From positions 257,114,001 to 257,178,000 of the forward strand of contig OZ024742.1 in assembly GCA_964016885.1 (NCBI GenBank): 64,000 nt of DNA, read 5' to 3'. Source of the stretch: Eledone cirrhosa (taxonomy: Eukaryota). Under the pieces are notes generated by a model. That model worked only from the letters and a program-made list of their open reading frames with translations, ran no database searches and was not told the origin of the DNA. A program made the translations under genes and the position numbers. Of the stretch, positions 26,919 through 41,709 are shown piece after piece. Every line of letters starts with the position of its first letter. Positions within the stretch are counted from its first letter, which is position 1.

Positions 26919-27682
26919 TACCCGAATTACTTGACCGTTTTTGGGCTATGCGAATGATTGTTGAACCATCGTCTCAGTGTGTTTGGCGTTTAACATTTGT
27001 TATAGCTCTGGTTCATCTGAACCATTGAGCACTTGCCTCACATCTCGGAGGTTGTTTTTCGTTATTTCGTGGGCCGAAATGCGAATCTCGATAATTTATG
27101 TTTGTATTTATCTCCAGACTCTAGCTATTGACCAGTTAATTTTCTTGATTTTTTAGTTGATTCTATTGACTAATGAATAGCTTATGTTAATTTTAACTCT
27201 TCTGTTGAGAACTCTATTCGATGTGTGATGTTTTTGCATTCTTGCAGGAATATACACAACTGAATTTATTCGCCTGATAAGGGGGCTGCTCCCTTGCCGA
27301 TCCCCACGTGGAGTCAGCAATAGTCAGTCCTTGTATTAACATTGAACTAAAACCTGTTGAGAAAGTGGCTTCCTTGTTCAATCATCTTACCAGAAGCCTG
27401 ACTTTATTTATATAATCGGACAGTACTTGATTTAGGAGCCGCAGAAACCCAAATACTGGATTTTACCAACCTTCCAGGGGTCCGGGTAAATTTTCAATAC
27501 CCGAATTACTTGATCGTTTTTTTGGCTATCCGAATGATTGTTTAACCATCGTCTCAGTCTGTTTGGCTATTAACGTTTGTTATAGCTCTGGTTCATCTGA
27601 ACCATTGAGCACTTGCCTCACATCTCGGAGGTTGTTTTTCGTTATTTCGTGGGCCGAAATGCGAATCTCGATAATTTATGTT

Positions 27683-27684
<2 letters not shown>
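26919..27684 (+). mobile_element. (TA)n-flanked element with a ~185-bp direct terminal repeat (580-bp period, 1.3-mer)
   Basis: 26919-27104 is repeated at 27498-27684. Confidence 0.75.
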
Positions 27685-27713
<29 letters not shown>

Positions 27714-27937
27714 GGGATAACAAGTTATCGTTATAGTGATCCACTTAGAGGTAGTCCAGTTAGAGTACCTCGTTTTGTGGATGGTTTTAACGCGTGGCTT
27801 AGTTTGACTGAACAAGATGCTTCCATAGTGATGCAACGAGTTCGCGGTAATTTCTATGCAGGTTATACTTGGCGTAATATTAGTTAAAGAAAGAGGAGTA
27901 ACATGGTTGGCTGTACAATAAGGGCTTTATTCAAAGT

Positions 27938-28044
27938 GCTGACAATTGTTTCGTTGATATGTTGCGTCTAGAGTTCGCAAATCGCTTGATGATGTGTCAA
28001 TCAATCTCCAATCCGTTGTTTACAACCAGTCAACACCTCAGAGC
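27938..28044 (-). ncRNA. Hammerhead motif, long stem II, A9U
   Basis: Minus strand: gct-CUGAGGU-gttga..tcaac-GAAA-caattg-UC-agc. Confidence 0.6.
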
Positions 28045-29542
28045 TATTGGATATCAAAATAATACGCAAGGCATGGCTTTTATAGAAGAGTGGTGTTAAA
28101 CCAAAACAATAACATCAGTAACAAAATACCTATATAGTGAATAATTAAAACAATAACATCAATAATAAAACACGAATGGTAAATAAACATAGATAATACA
28201 GATTTATGAAGTGACTTGCGAAATCTAAGATAGAGTACATTAAAAGTAGATAAAGGAATCAAATAATAAAATGTACTTAGAGTCAGATTTTAGGATCTCT
28301 ACGCATCTGAACACACCACAGCAAAACATCAATAGCCCTAAATCGCAACCCGCACACAACAACTTACAAAACCGCAACGAGGAAACTGCACAGAATAATA
28401 CCTCAAACTGCAATTGCCACCTACCTGATAAGTACCCACTATGGAATAGATGCTTGGATTCTAGCTTAGTGTACCTGTGTACTGTAAATTCAAGCAATTC
28501 CACTTGGCACTACATAGGATCCACAGCCGGGGGGATTTAAAAAAGGTGGTACATCCACAGACACTCCATCAGGAACCGTGCACTGGAGAATTATACAACG
28601 CTCGCCAATAAAATTTGGCAACTTAAGGACAGAAATCTTGAATACAAAATTAGCTTGTCGAAATTAGCCGCACCCGAAGCCTATAGCAATTTGGATCTGC
28701 TACATATCTTAAGGTATGACAAGATGCTGCTTAACAACAAAATAGAAAGATCTATTTTCTGCAGACATAAGGTTGCAAATAGACTTACGAAATTTTAACC
28801 ACCATGATTCGAACCGTCATTTCCAAAATTAATAGAAAACCACATAGACCTTAACGTATAAAATCCGCACTATCACACTAATACTTCAGAACCATGAATG
28901 TCTGTAAACCTCTTCCAACCTCCTCCCACCAATACCATCAATACCATCAATTATCTTGTCAGCCCATAAATTGATCTCGTCTTTACTGTTGTTTATTCTT
29001 TCGGACCACACATTTGTATCTACATATCTCATATTAGCACCCAGGAACACTTACAGACGAACTTAATTCTAAGTACATTATCTTATTACTGTTATACTCC
29101 TTTGTAACACTTATTTTCTTATTATTATTATTTTCATTTCATTTTACCCTATCGCTGATTTTATTCGCCACGTTCTCTATCTATTTACCATGCATGTTTT
29201 ATTATTGATGTTATTGTTTTAATTATATGCTATTTTGTTATTGATGTTACAAAATTTAAACATCCATGATTCGAAACAGTAATTCCAAAATTTGGACTAA
29301 ACCACCTAAACCTTAACATACTGAATCCACGATTTCACTTAATACCAGCTACCATCTCTATACACTTCCTTCATCAATCCCACTAGGAAATATCTACTAC
29401 AAGCATTTATCTGTCAAACCATAAATTAATCTCCGTGTTATTGTTGTTCATTTTTCAGACCCACAGCTCATTTGTATCTAAATCTCTCATAATTGCACTT
29501 ACAGTAGAGATCCTAAAATCTGACTCTAAGTACATTTTATTA

Positions 29543-29725
29543 TTGGCAGTATCGGTAGAGGGTCGGAATCCATGCTGTGACGCATAGAATTACGGCCCTT
29601 GCCATTCTGAGTTCAAATCCCGCCGAGGTTAACATTGCCTTTCATCCTTACGGGGTCGATAAAATAAAGTACCAGTAATGCACTGAGTAAATTGCTGGCC
29701 TTGTGCCAATAGTAGAAACAATTAT
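29543..29725 (+). mobile_element. tRNA-derived SINE inserted in the pLTR
   Basis: A and B boxes and core present; absent from the inverted pLTR copy. Confidence 0.9.
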
Positions 29726-29943
29726 TTTATTCCTTTCTCTACTTATAATGTACCCTAACTTAGATTTCGCAAGTCACTTCCTACATCTGTATCATCTCTG
29801 TTTATTTACCATGCGTGTTTTATTATTGATGTTATTGTTTTAATTATTCGCTATACAGCTATTTTGTTACTGATGTTATTGTTTTGGTTTAACAACACCC
29901 TTCTATAAAAGCTATGCTTTGCGTATTATTTTCATATCCACTC

Positions 29944-30050
29944 GCTCTGATGTGTTGACTGGTTGTAAACAACGTATTGGAGATCGATTGACGCAGCATC
30001 AAGCGATTAGCGAACTCAAGACGCAACAAATCAACGAAACAAGTGTCAGC
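29944..30050 (+). ncRNA. Hammerhead motif, long stem II, A9U
   Basis: gct-CUGAUGU-gttga..tcaac-GAAA-caagtg-UC-agc. Confidence 0.6.
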
Positions 30051-30101
30051 ACTTTGAATAAAGCCCTTATTGTACAGCCAACCATGTTACTCTTCTTTCT
30101 T

Positions 30102-30274
<173 letters not shown>

Positions 30275-32978
30275 TGATAGATTGATAGACGGAGAGAGGG
30301 ATACAGAGAGAGAGAGAGAGAGGGGAGAGAGAGACAGAGAATATGAAGTTCGGTGTTAAAAAGTATTTTCTTATCAAATGTGTGATACATATTTCAACGT
30401 CAGTTGTGGCTACTTCATTGTTCAATCTTACAATCAGTCACGCGATATCAGAAGATATTAGCTTATGTAATAAGGTTATAATCTAAGGGAATGTACGTTT
30501 CGCTACCTACCTATCATACATTACATACGTCGTGTACTTATATAATAGGGCACTACTGGATATTTTAACATGTAACATTCAAATGTTAGTGATTAGTTAT
30601 GTATATTTTATGTATAAAATTGAACTCTAATTTCTAATTTGTTTATTTTCAAATGTTACGTCTCAAGTTTTGTATTTTAAATGAGGAATTTAAAATTCTA
30701 GACACTAGCATTAATTTATCTATCCACTTATATTGATAGGGGGGTAAACAATAAGTCTCTCATCAATACAAGCTTTTGCGATCACCGTCATAGTTGTATT
30801 AGGTGAATAATGCATGCAAGCCACCACAGCATTTCACTGTTACTGGTGCTGGCGTCTGCTGGAATAGTTACTAGCTGTAAACTAAAGCATTTTAAGTTGA
30901 GTTGAACAATGTGACCGTAATATTTCAGTGGTTGTGGTGGTGGTAGCTTGGTATATGCGATATGCCTGTCAATGTGGACTAAGTGTTTGCAGGGTGTGGC
31001 TGATAGACGGATATACCGTCAGTGTTCCAAATCTACGCCTGCCTAAAGCTGCAGATTGGAACTAAATGTTATCAGGGAACGGACATCGGCTATGAAAAAC
31101 ATCATTTCGGTCTCTTCCCGTGTCTTTAGATTGGATTTCCTGAAAAAGTGACCTTGAACAGCATTATTGTCCACTGATTGGTGCGTTGCATAGGCAAACC
31201 TGATTAGTCAATGTTTATCTATCTCTGTATATACATATATATAGAGAGAAAGATAGGCAGATAGATATATATGCTTATGTATGAGTGTATATACAAAGTC
31301 AACGCATCATATCTAAAGAGTAGAAAGGATATATATATATTATATTAACGCTTGTTACAGTAGGAAACTTATCTCAACATTTCTGTATTTACCACTTCAT
31401 CAAGGGTTAGAGGGGGGGGGGGGGGGGCATAGAAAAAGAAATAGTAATATAGAGGATAGCGTGAAGAAAACGAAATGCAAACAGTTGCGCTACAATTATT
31501 GCGTTCTCGTAAGGAAGTCAATGTGATTCGATTTTATTTCATATTCGCTTATATTTATTGAATTAGGAAACACAGTAATTATGTTTCATATCAATGAACT
31601 ATTTGCTACTCCCAATACATTCAATTTTTGAAAGTACGTTCGTTTCTCGTGTATCTGTTCGTGAATAAACTCATGTCTAACATGTGGCGTTTACAACATG
31701 AAAACATCTTGGCACGTTGTATAACGCAAAGAACACTTTTATCATTAAATATTTTTAGCATATAATTGCCAAAACAAATATTGGAAAAGAACCAATTTTA
31801 CCATGTCTGTATTGATACATCAAGGGAAGTATGTAAAAGCTTAGTTCACCGGATATTAACTATGTTATCGATTCAGGCATATTTTGACCAATACCTAATC
31901 AAATGATCCGTTTCTACTGCCAGTCAGAATATTGGAACTTATAATAAATACTTCAAATATATATATATATTGTATTGAAACACGTTGCTTTGCACACAAT
32001 TCTAGCAGTAATTATGCAACAAGTTCGTTTATAAAACATGCACATTTAATACAGGATAATTGAAAAAAGATTTCTGTAGTAAGAAAACATGCACTGTTTT
32101 ATTGATATCAAAGCATTATTGTAAATATGCATACACATTTATATATAAACAACGGTCGAATTAAGAAGTATTGGGAAAAGATATGTGTGTCACAGGCAAA
32201 TGGTCATCATAATAACAATGGATAACTATGAGTAATGGCTGAGGTACCTGATAAAATGCAACTCCATTTACTTTAAGTATGAACTGATTCACAGTTGCTC
32301 CGATATGCAATACAATTTAATTATTTGTCTTCTACAAATGTGGTGTTTCGTGCACATCGACAATTCCAGTAAATATGTATTACATCGTGACCAACACTGA
32401 TACATAAACTGAAGATATTCCTCGTATCAAGTTTAGAAAATGACGGTTATATTAAAGCATTAACATGCAAGGTATTTAAACACAAACAGCGCATACACAC
32501 ACACACACATACAAACACACATGCACACACATACACACACATATAAACACACACACACAATATTAATTGATCCCTTTCTGCTTCGACAATGACTGATTTA
32601 TTGTTCATTTAACGGAAGAGTTCTTTCAGGAGTTTAACGTATAATTGACTGACTATTCCACGTAAATGTGAGCCCTTGACATACTTCTTAGAGAGAACCA
32701 ACGGAACACTGTATGTGATATTGGTGGCAAGAAGAATTATAGTTACAGTCCTTCAATAGGCTTCCAAATAGTTTCAGCCTATAGGCATTTGTTGTTAAGG
32801 CATGCGCCGATTCGAGGCTACAGGGAATGACAGTTGTCCAAGCCGCTAGACAGAGGGATTGTATAAAGGACCTAACATTTGCTAAGACAGAAAACTTTGT
32901 AACTATTCAGCTTCACTGAGTCTCTATCTATATGTATCACCAGTCAGAAACAGACGCAATACATTTAAAAGCAAACAA

Positions 32979-33051
<73 letters not shown>

Positions 33052-36000
33052 CACACACACACACATACACACATAGATGCACATACACACACACGCACAC
33101 CTCCAGTTCTAAACACGCACAAATGCACACATAAATGCAATGTTTTCATAAAGGCTTATATAACACTTGTAATATTACGTTTTTACTTGTTTTTATGTTC
33201 ATTTTCTTTTGGTTCCGTTATTGATGACAATTAGACATTACTTGGAACTTTCATTTTACTCAGAAGTATACAATACAATAGATATGTATCACATCCCTGT
33301 AAGATTATATTCGAGTATTTGAAATTATTTATTGAATTCTTTCAGATTTTTGCAGATTAGCGCCAAATCTTACATGGAATTTCACACAATTTATCTGAAT
33401 GTGCAAATGTTTGAAAACAGATTGACCAACTAAATAATATAACCCATTAATAATTCAAAAGAAAACAAAATCTCTTTCAACGCCGACTGGTTATGCAATT
33501 ATAGTTATGATCTAGTTATGGGAATATAACTATTGACAAATAATCTGAAGACAACCTCTGCGGAATAATAGGAAATTCAACGCAAATATAACTGATTTAT
33601 AATATTATTAAATGAATAAATCATTTTTATCCCAAGGCGTTACTCCAAGTCAGCCATTATGATATGACTTAACATGTAAACAATTATTTCAATAAGAAAG
33701 TGTAAAAGAGCGCATTACGAAATTTCATTTTATCGTTAAGAGAAAACTGTATTTCTGAGTACAATAATTTTGTTCTCATCATTACAGAGTTTAAATCTAA
33801 CAATGTCATTTTGTTTAAATAATTGTTTCTAATTTGTCTCAATAATATATTGAGGACTTAAAATATGCAAAAAAGAAAAGAAAGGAGTTGAGCATTTGAG
33901 TGGTCTAAGAGAATTATATTTACAATTGTATGTCCATTGCTGATAGTATCAATCTATCTATCATCAGAAGTTATGGAAGTGTGGATAGGCTTTCAACTCA
34001 GTCCTGAACTTTATGGTATTTACTCATAAAATGATTTTAAGATAAAGCCAAATTTAACCTTGGTGGAATTTGAACCCAGAATTTAGTGATCCGAAAGATA
34101 CAAGGAGATATATTTTAACCCATTAACAACTCTTAAACTCATGAATAAAGGTTGAGGTGTAAAGTTGGCAGGGCATGGTTAAATATTTGAAGTGTTCGCC
34201 TAGCAAACATTAAAACCACGAGCGTGTCATCTTGGGAAAATATAATTTTTCTATAGACTCTGGTCGACCTAAACTCGGAGAACGAAATTAGGTAGACAGA
34301 TGATGTATGGAATCCCATCAGTTGGATAGTACATGTGTTTCAAAGAGCATTCTTATCACACACGCTGACCCGTTGGAACTCTGAAGAAATTGTTATGGTC
34401 ACACGTATCTTTGTAGACTTAGCCCTCATATAATTTAATTTAATTTCATTATATGTTTAACTGCAATATATGTCAATTTGAAGAAGACAAGGAGGACATG
34501 ATTTAAAATGATTTCCATCAAAAGTTGACATCGCATCACCCAGTTTAAATGGAATGGTTGGTATTGGGCAGCACAATAGTTTTGAGACTTCTAGCGATCG
34601 GTTATTTTGGAAAAGATTTAACGGAAATGAGCAGATCGTAAATCAATGAAACTGTTTTCATTATTATTATTATTGCTGATACTATTTCTCCGTCGCATAT
34701 CCCAGTTGTTAGTGGTGGTATTGGAACTCAGAATACACAGTCTGAGAAAATACCTTAAATCTTTATGCTAATATTAATGGCTTAGCTAGTTCACCGCCCC
34801 TGTACTGCTAGTTTATTTATAGACCCCGAAAGGATAAAAGGCAGAGGAAGCATCTACAGTATGTGATTTCATATTGCAGTGAGCCGGAAAAAATATCGAA
34901 ATATTTAATCCAACAACATAATTAAATATCCAGTCAATAAACGTCCTTTTGTATTAAGTGTTTTCATATTAAGATTTTACAATAAGTCTAATAGATAACA
35001 ACAGTGTAATTTTAATATCTTGCCTTCTAAGTCTAGAAGCATTGTGTTAGTAAATTATGCAGGTTTTAATTGTATTTACAGATTTTGTCAAACTACTGAA
35101 ATCTTAAATATTATGCGTCGTTCGTTCCAAAATGAATTCAATTTAATTACTCTAAATTATAACGTTTATCTAGGAAGGTAATATAGGATTGCTGTTTGGT
35201 TTTATATTATTCTTTTACTGGTTCCATGTAGCCACAACTTAATAGAAACGAGATATTGAAGATGATTATGGCCTGATGATGACCATAAATTGTGTGAGTG
35301 TATCATACTTGGTTTTAATTTTAATTGTATTTATTTGTTTAATTCTATTCTCTGTGGCGTTTCTTTTTAGCTAGCTGGAGTTTCTTGTATTTGGTTGTTG
35401 GGTAACGTTTTGTAATACTTACTTTTATCCTGGTGGGGGGGGGGGGGGGGTCCCAGTTGATTTTATTCTAGATTAGAGTCTATAATGTTTCAACTTTAGT
35501 AAACATCATCTAATTTGTAAAGTTTATTGTATTACGATAATATTATAATGCTATTAAAAGTGTTAGCTACATTACAGTTGGTAGTTACAAGTTGAAATGT
35601 TTCATTGCAGTGAAACAACTTTTTTTCTCGTAATGGACCGATTTGTCCGAAGTTGTTTGCCAGTGCTTCTATAATTAGTACTCAACGATAAACTTGTAAC
35701 AGGATTAGTAATACCTATCAAAATAAACAAATAAAAGCGGTGTTTCTAATTTTTTTAACGACGTATAACTCGCATTCAGTTATAGAAATACTTGCGCTTA
35801 TGGAACAACGTAACATTACATGATTTATGTGTTGTCTTGCTATTCGAGTAATTTCACTCAGACCATTTTGTTATAAAGATTGTGTTGAATTTAAAATATG
35901 TTTTTTCTCATTTTTGCGGTATTTTGTTTGGCTTTTTCACCTTTCAGTCATTAACACCATTAAACTGCGACAATCATGGGGCATCAACTTGGTTTAGTTA

Positions 36001-36866
36001 ACCACATGTCATATTGTCACCGTTACTTATTTTTCACGTCTGGTACGCGTACCTTTGATTTTCTTTCGACCACTTAAGTTGTTAAAAATCAACACAGACG
36101 GGGAGACACACGCGCACACAAATATACTCACACGCACGCACATACATAGAACAAATAGCAATGAAACCTTAGGTTGCGATTTTGCTCCATGCATGAATAC
36201 TAATAAATTATATATAACTAATACAAATCGTATACAATTATGAATGAAGCAATCTGGTTTCGTATAGGTGAGTTCCCAATGGGGTGTTATCTTGTACATG
36301 CGGTTTTTCTTATGAAACTGTTCTGGCCATGTGTCATATATGGCTTTCTCCATTTTAGCCAGTTGGAAAAAAAGGAGCATGACTCGGCTGATTTAAGCCC
36401 AGTTTAAATAGAGCAAATTTCTTCCTGACTAATAAAAAAAAGAAGAGATTGTAAATAATAGAGAAAAATAGATGAAGAATCTCCTCAACGACATGAATCG
36501 ATGAAAAGCAACGTTGAGCTTCACAAAATTTTACTCAAAGCATATAGAGCTGGAAAAAAGTACCATAACGCATTTTCTCTGACGTCATAATGTCTCGGCC
36601 TATTTTCCGATTTGAGAATCTACATTCAGGAGAAGTGGACTCAGCTAGGCCGACATATTAAGTGGTTCGCTTTGCAATCTCAGACATTTCAGGTACGTTC
36701 AATTTCCTTGAGAAGCACGTTAAGTGAATACGTGTTGGTGGAATGCCTAGTCAGATGCCAGTTAATAAATTACGAGTAGGTTGTTTGCTGAAGGAAATCA
36801 TTGCTGTCTCTTCCCGGACAGTCTCAATTTGAAATATATGATTTCTATATATATTATATCATATAA

Positions 36867-36899
<33 letters not shown>

Positions 36900-37083
36900 C
36901 ATATAAAGTTTAATGTAGAGATGTCTTCTACATGACTAGAGCTGTTTCGTTGATTTTATATGCCCGCTGAAACCATTTTTCGATTAAAAGTGATAGTTAC
37001 ACCGTACTAATTTGAGTAATTCACCAATTATGGTTACTCCATATTCAACCCGGGAGTCACACACACACACATATATAAATATA

Positions 37084-37141
<58 letters not shown>

Positions 37142-37145
<4 letters not shown>

Positions 37146-37345
37146 AGAAAGTATGACCCCGACGGCAGAGATCAAGCCGTTTCGGCAGCTATTTCTGGAC
37201 TCTCTGAGTCCAGAAATAGCAGTCGAAACGGCTTGAGCTTTGCCGTAGGGGTCACACCTTTTCTTATTACACACTCTACTACCCTAAGTATTGAGTACTC
37301 TGGTGCGTCATGGTCCATCTGGTTCCTTACCACAACTCCCCCGTT
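37142..37345 (+). mobile_element. ~200-bp (TA)n-flanked hairpin element with a half-hammerhead; relatives at 39233-39400, 48962-49154 and 51986-52155(-)
   Basis: Imperfect ~120-bp palindrome containing GAAA-cggc..gccg-UA; shared tail cactctactacc..ggttccttaccac. Confidence 0.8.
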
Positions 37346-37589
37346 ATATATATATATATATATGACAGACTCTTTCATCGACTCACCGTATCTTTTCAGT
37401 TCATTCTTTTATGTTTATGCCTTAAATGTTACTTCAATGCTGCTGCATATAGATCAATTCACATTCGGTGCAGGTGACATGATAAGGAACAGAGAGGGTG
37501 GAATACCTGATAGGACGTTGGGGATAGATCATATCTGGTGAAGGTGGGCAAAACGAGATATCTCAGAGTTCTTCATACTCCATGACAGA

Positions 37590-39000
37590 TAGTTCTCCAA
37601 TTTCAACTGTTGGCAGTTATGGCTTCAAACGAAGAAAAAGGTACGTTGACAGACTGAATATTGTGCTTCAGTTTGCTCTAATATCTGAGTAGCGACCTGC
37701 CCACACTATGCAGACCGTCCTGGAGGTGACTGTATAACCGTACTTTAGGTGTGTGTTCCTCAAGCATCCATAGAACATGTCCAGCGCTTCTGAGTTGGGA
37801 TTGAATCAGGAATGATTCAATCCCACCAACGTTGCACCTTGCAAACATTTCGGAATTACAGACACTGTTTGAAAGTGCATAACCACAGATAAAGTGATGA
37901 CTGCGTTTGTAGATGACATCAAGCTTATGAATGTGGATGCGGTAATCTGTCCAAGAATATGAGTCACATAACATTGTTGTCATTACCAGTGAACGACAAA
38001 CAGCAAATTTGCTTTCAGGGACAGACATCTGACACTCCATAGGCGGGGATTTAGTTTGCTAATTGCATCAGTTGCCTTGCAGATGCGATTAACAATCACA
38101 TTATCCAGGAATGTAGAGTTGTTCATCTTGCTGCTAAGGTAAGTAAAGGTGAACACATACTTCAGATCCTTGCTATCAATATTGATGCGTGTAAGTGGAA
38201 GTCCGTGATCTGACCACGCATGTGTATCGCCTCCTACATGCCTGTTGGCTGGCTTTGGTTGATGCACCACCAAAGTCTTCTTGATGCTGGTTGTTAGACC
38301 GAAACACTTGCAGGCAAACGAATAGCGGTCATCAATTTATGTGCATCTTTGAGGCCAGTTGCGAGATAAGGACCATCAACAGCAAACAGTATATTGCGAA
38401 TGCTACTGAAAGTGTTGATGGTTTATTTGCCCAGCTGACATACGGAATTCAAATCGAATACCAGTGTTCAAATCGGCAAATGCATTAAAGAAAAAACAAA
38501 GAAGCCTTGCTGACACATTTTCTGACACATTTCCTAACAGCAAAACATTCAGAGTATTCACCATTTGACATAACTGATGCTTTCATGCTCTCATGAAAAG
38601 ATATGATGATATTTAACATATCAGGCATACCAAGCTTTTTGCTGATTTTCCAGAGAACTTTGCGTTTGACAGTATCAAAGGCTTTACTCTGGCAAGCAAA
38701 AATCATAAATAGCTTCTGGTTCTTTTCACGAATTTTCTCTGCCGCCCGGCAAACAAAGTAAATCATGTCACTAGTACCACGACCAGAGCTGAAACCACAT
38801 CGATTATCGTTAGAACTCTGGGTGTAATTATGTTCAGAATGACACGGGTTATTTTCTCAGAAACTACACCGAGATGGGAAATACAATGAGATTTGACGCA
38901 GATAGATATTTTTACCCTTGATTTCGAAGAGTTGGATTATCGATGCATGTCTGAAATCTTAGGGGACATTTTCAACTCTAAAGACCTCCAGAAATACCAC
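37590..39000 (-). mobile_element. RTE/BovB-like LINE RT relic
   Basis: GFSSGRGTSDMIY, SKAFDTVKRKVLWKI, FTYLSS, QSQLRSAGHVLWM. Confidence 0.85.
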
Positions 39001-39021
39001 TACAGTAGGAGACATATATAA

Positions 39022-39073
<52 letters not shown>

Positions 39074-39802
39074 AAAATGGAGCGCTGCGTGGTTGCACAT
39101 GGGTTACATATGAATAAAATTAGTCCTTCATCAGTGATCTTTAAACTTTCATTGGTATTTCATCGCTTTAAAAATCATATTTTTATATGATGCAATACTG
39201 ATTTCTTGTTCTCTTTTAATATTATATATATATATGAAAATGTTCAGGACCCCGTCCGCTGAAAGTTCGTTTCTAGCTGTCGAGACAGTTGGAACTCAGC
39301 CGTCAATGTCCTGAACATTTTCATATTACCCACTCTACTATACCAAGTATCACGTACCCTGGTATGTTAAGCTGGTATCTTACAACATCCCTCTCTCTTC
39401 AGTAAGTGATGGTAAATTTGAAAGTTGTTTGAATTTGATTTCAATCGCAATTACACATGTGGTTCTTCAGAACATTAAAGATACTTTCGTACAGTTTATT
39501 TCCAAATAAAATTATCATATATTCAAGCAACGATAAAATGTCAGCACGAAAGTGAAAATATTGTAAAATATGAAGTCATATATATAGCACTAGATGTGTG
39601 TTGTGTTTGCTGTTCCTGAACCGTATTCGATAGTTATCATGATATATTCAGTGGAATATTATGTTATATCGTGTAAAATTCTATGAATTCGTGTATCAAA
39701 TACTAGGATGATATGTGAAGAAATAAACACCTCCTGTAATATTAACAAATATACAAAAGCAATCGCAAAAGCAAACACTCACATGTATATATGCACAGAC
39801 AC

Positions 39803-39867
<65 letters not shown>

Positions 39868-39992
39868 AACATATAGGTTTATATATATATGCACATATAT
39901 ATATATATATAAATAATTGGTGTTGGATGCTTAAAGCATCCGTATGCAGTAGGCCGTATAACCTCTCAATGCCCTCGTAGAACAGAGTAAGG

Positions 39993-40284
39993 TATCACAG
40001 AAAAAACTGAATCAGGGTTGCGACAAACTAATTTATTTGATATATTAAAAATGTTTCTCGGGCGACCAGCTCGAGGCACGATCAATACGATGATCACAGC
40101 CGACTCTGAAATCAACACAGTCGTCAGATACGTCTTCGTAGAATCGAGACGTATCTGACGACCGAGTTGATTACAGAGTCGGGTGTGATCATCATAACGA
40201 TCGTGCCTCGAGCTGGTCGCCCGAGAAACATTTGTAATATGTCAAATAAATCCCTTTCGTCGCAACACTGATTCTCTTTTTTCT

Positions 40285-40290
<6 letters not shown>
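39993..40290 (+). repeat. ~143-bp-arm palindrome containing a half-hammerhead
   Basis: Arms 39993-40135 and 40147-40290; GAAACATTTGTA at 40225-40236; ends in (TA)n. Confidence 0.85.
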
Positions 40291-40364
<74 letters not shown>

Positions 40365-40381
40365 TATATATACATATATAC

Positions 40382-40472
<91 letters not shown>

Positions 40473-40479
40473 TATACTA

Positions 40480-41654
40480 CCAGTAGTACCCAGCGTTGCC
40501 TGGGTAGGTACAATAATATTTGCTTTAATGAAAAGGTGTTGATCTTAGCGACTGCTTCTCGATAACTCATCTATGGTCACGCACAGGCCATGCGGGGGAG
40601 GGTGGTGATGACCTCTATCACTGAGAAACGCGGGTGACTGACGAAAGGGCATGCTGAGGGAGGGAGGTAATGACCTCAAACACTAAGCCAAATTTTCTCA
40701 CGCTACTTGAATGGAAACCGGTGAATTCTCAAAAACACAACTAAAAGCTCAGGCGACGGCAGTGGCCATCGTTTTGCCTTTGACCATCTATAAGATGTGC
40801 AATGATAGGTTCTATCGTAGTATAACAGCTGAACCAAATAAATTGATTTATATGTGAGGTGGAGCACAAGTTTAGAATTTGATCAAAATCGCTTGAAAGA
40901 TGTGGGAGCTAATGATAATTCGCCGTCCCTGAACAAAAAATGCAAAGTGTAAAGCTACTATAAGATGTGCAATGATAGGTTCTATCGTAGTATAACAGTT
41001 GAATCAATTAAATTCATTTGTGTGTGAGGTGGAGCCGAGGTTTAGAATGTGAACGAAATCGGTTGAAAAATATGGGAGGTTGAAAAACAGGGGGTTATTT
41101 GTGCAAAAAGGTTGTATTTTCGAATATTTAAGCGGCTGCTACGCCATTCCTGAACAAGAAATCCAAAAGGCAAAGTCACTTTAAGACGTGAAAGAATCAG
41201 ATCTAGCGTAGTCTAAAGTTTGAGCAAAGTACGTTGATTAATGTGGGAGTTAGAGCCGAAAAAGTGGAAATTTGAGTCTAAAAGTGGTATTTTGGCGAAT
41301 TTAAGCGCTGCCCCGCCGTCTTTGAACAAGAAATGCAAAATATAAAGCGACTACAGTATGTGCAATAATACATTTTATATTGCTTTAACATTTGAACGAA
41401 ATCGGTTGGAAAATGTGGGAGTGCCAAAACCTTATATTTCGATACCTAAAAAAAGGTGACCCCCTTATCGATTTTTATCATCAGAATGGCCGTGGAATTA
41501 TAAAAAAGGATGCGCTGATATATAGAAAACATTCCCCGATGACTAATCTATGAGCCTGTAAAGTTTCATGAAAATCGGTCGTAAGATGTAGGCCCCTATA
41601 GGTAATATACAGACAGGCACACACACACACACATACTTAATGTTATATATATAC

Positions 41655-41657
<3 letters not shown>
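40480..41657 (-). mobile_element. Non-autonomous Helitron with internal ~170-bp tandem repeats
   Basis: Minus strand 5' TCTGTATATA; 3' hairpin tacccag-gcaacg-ctgggta then CTGG (CTRR). Confidence 0.75.

Positions 41658-41704
<47 letters not shown>

Positions 41705-41709
<5 letters not shown>

Noticed and set aside
36027-36380. Possible host exon (QLAKMEKAIYDTWPEQF..)
   Set aside because: No recognisable domain or clear splice sites
39122-39170. Minus-strand CTGATGA-aggac (also at 56920-56940)
   Set aside because: No downstream stem II partner or GAAA; cannot be called a hammerhead
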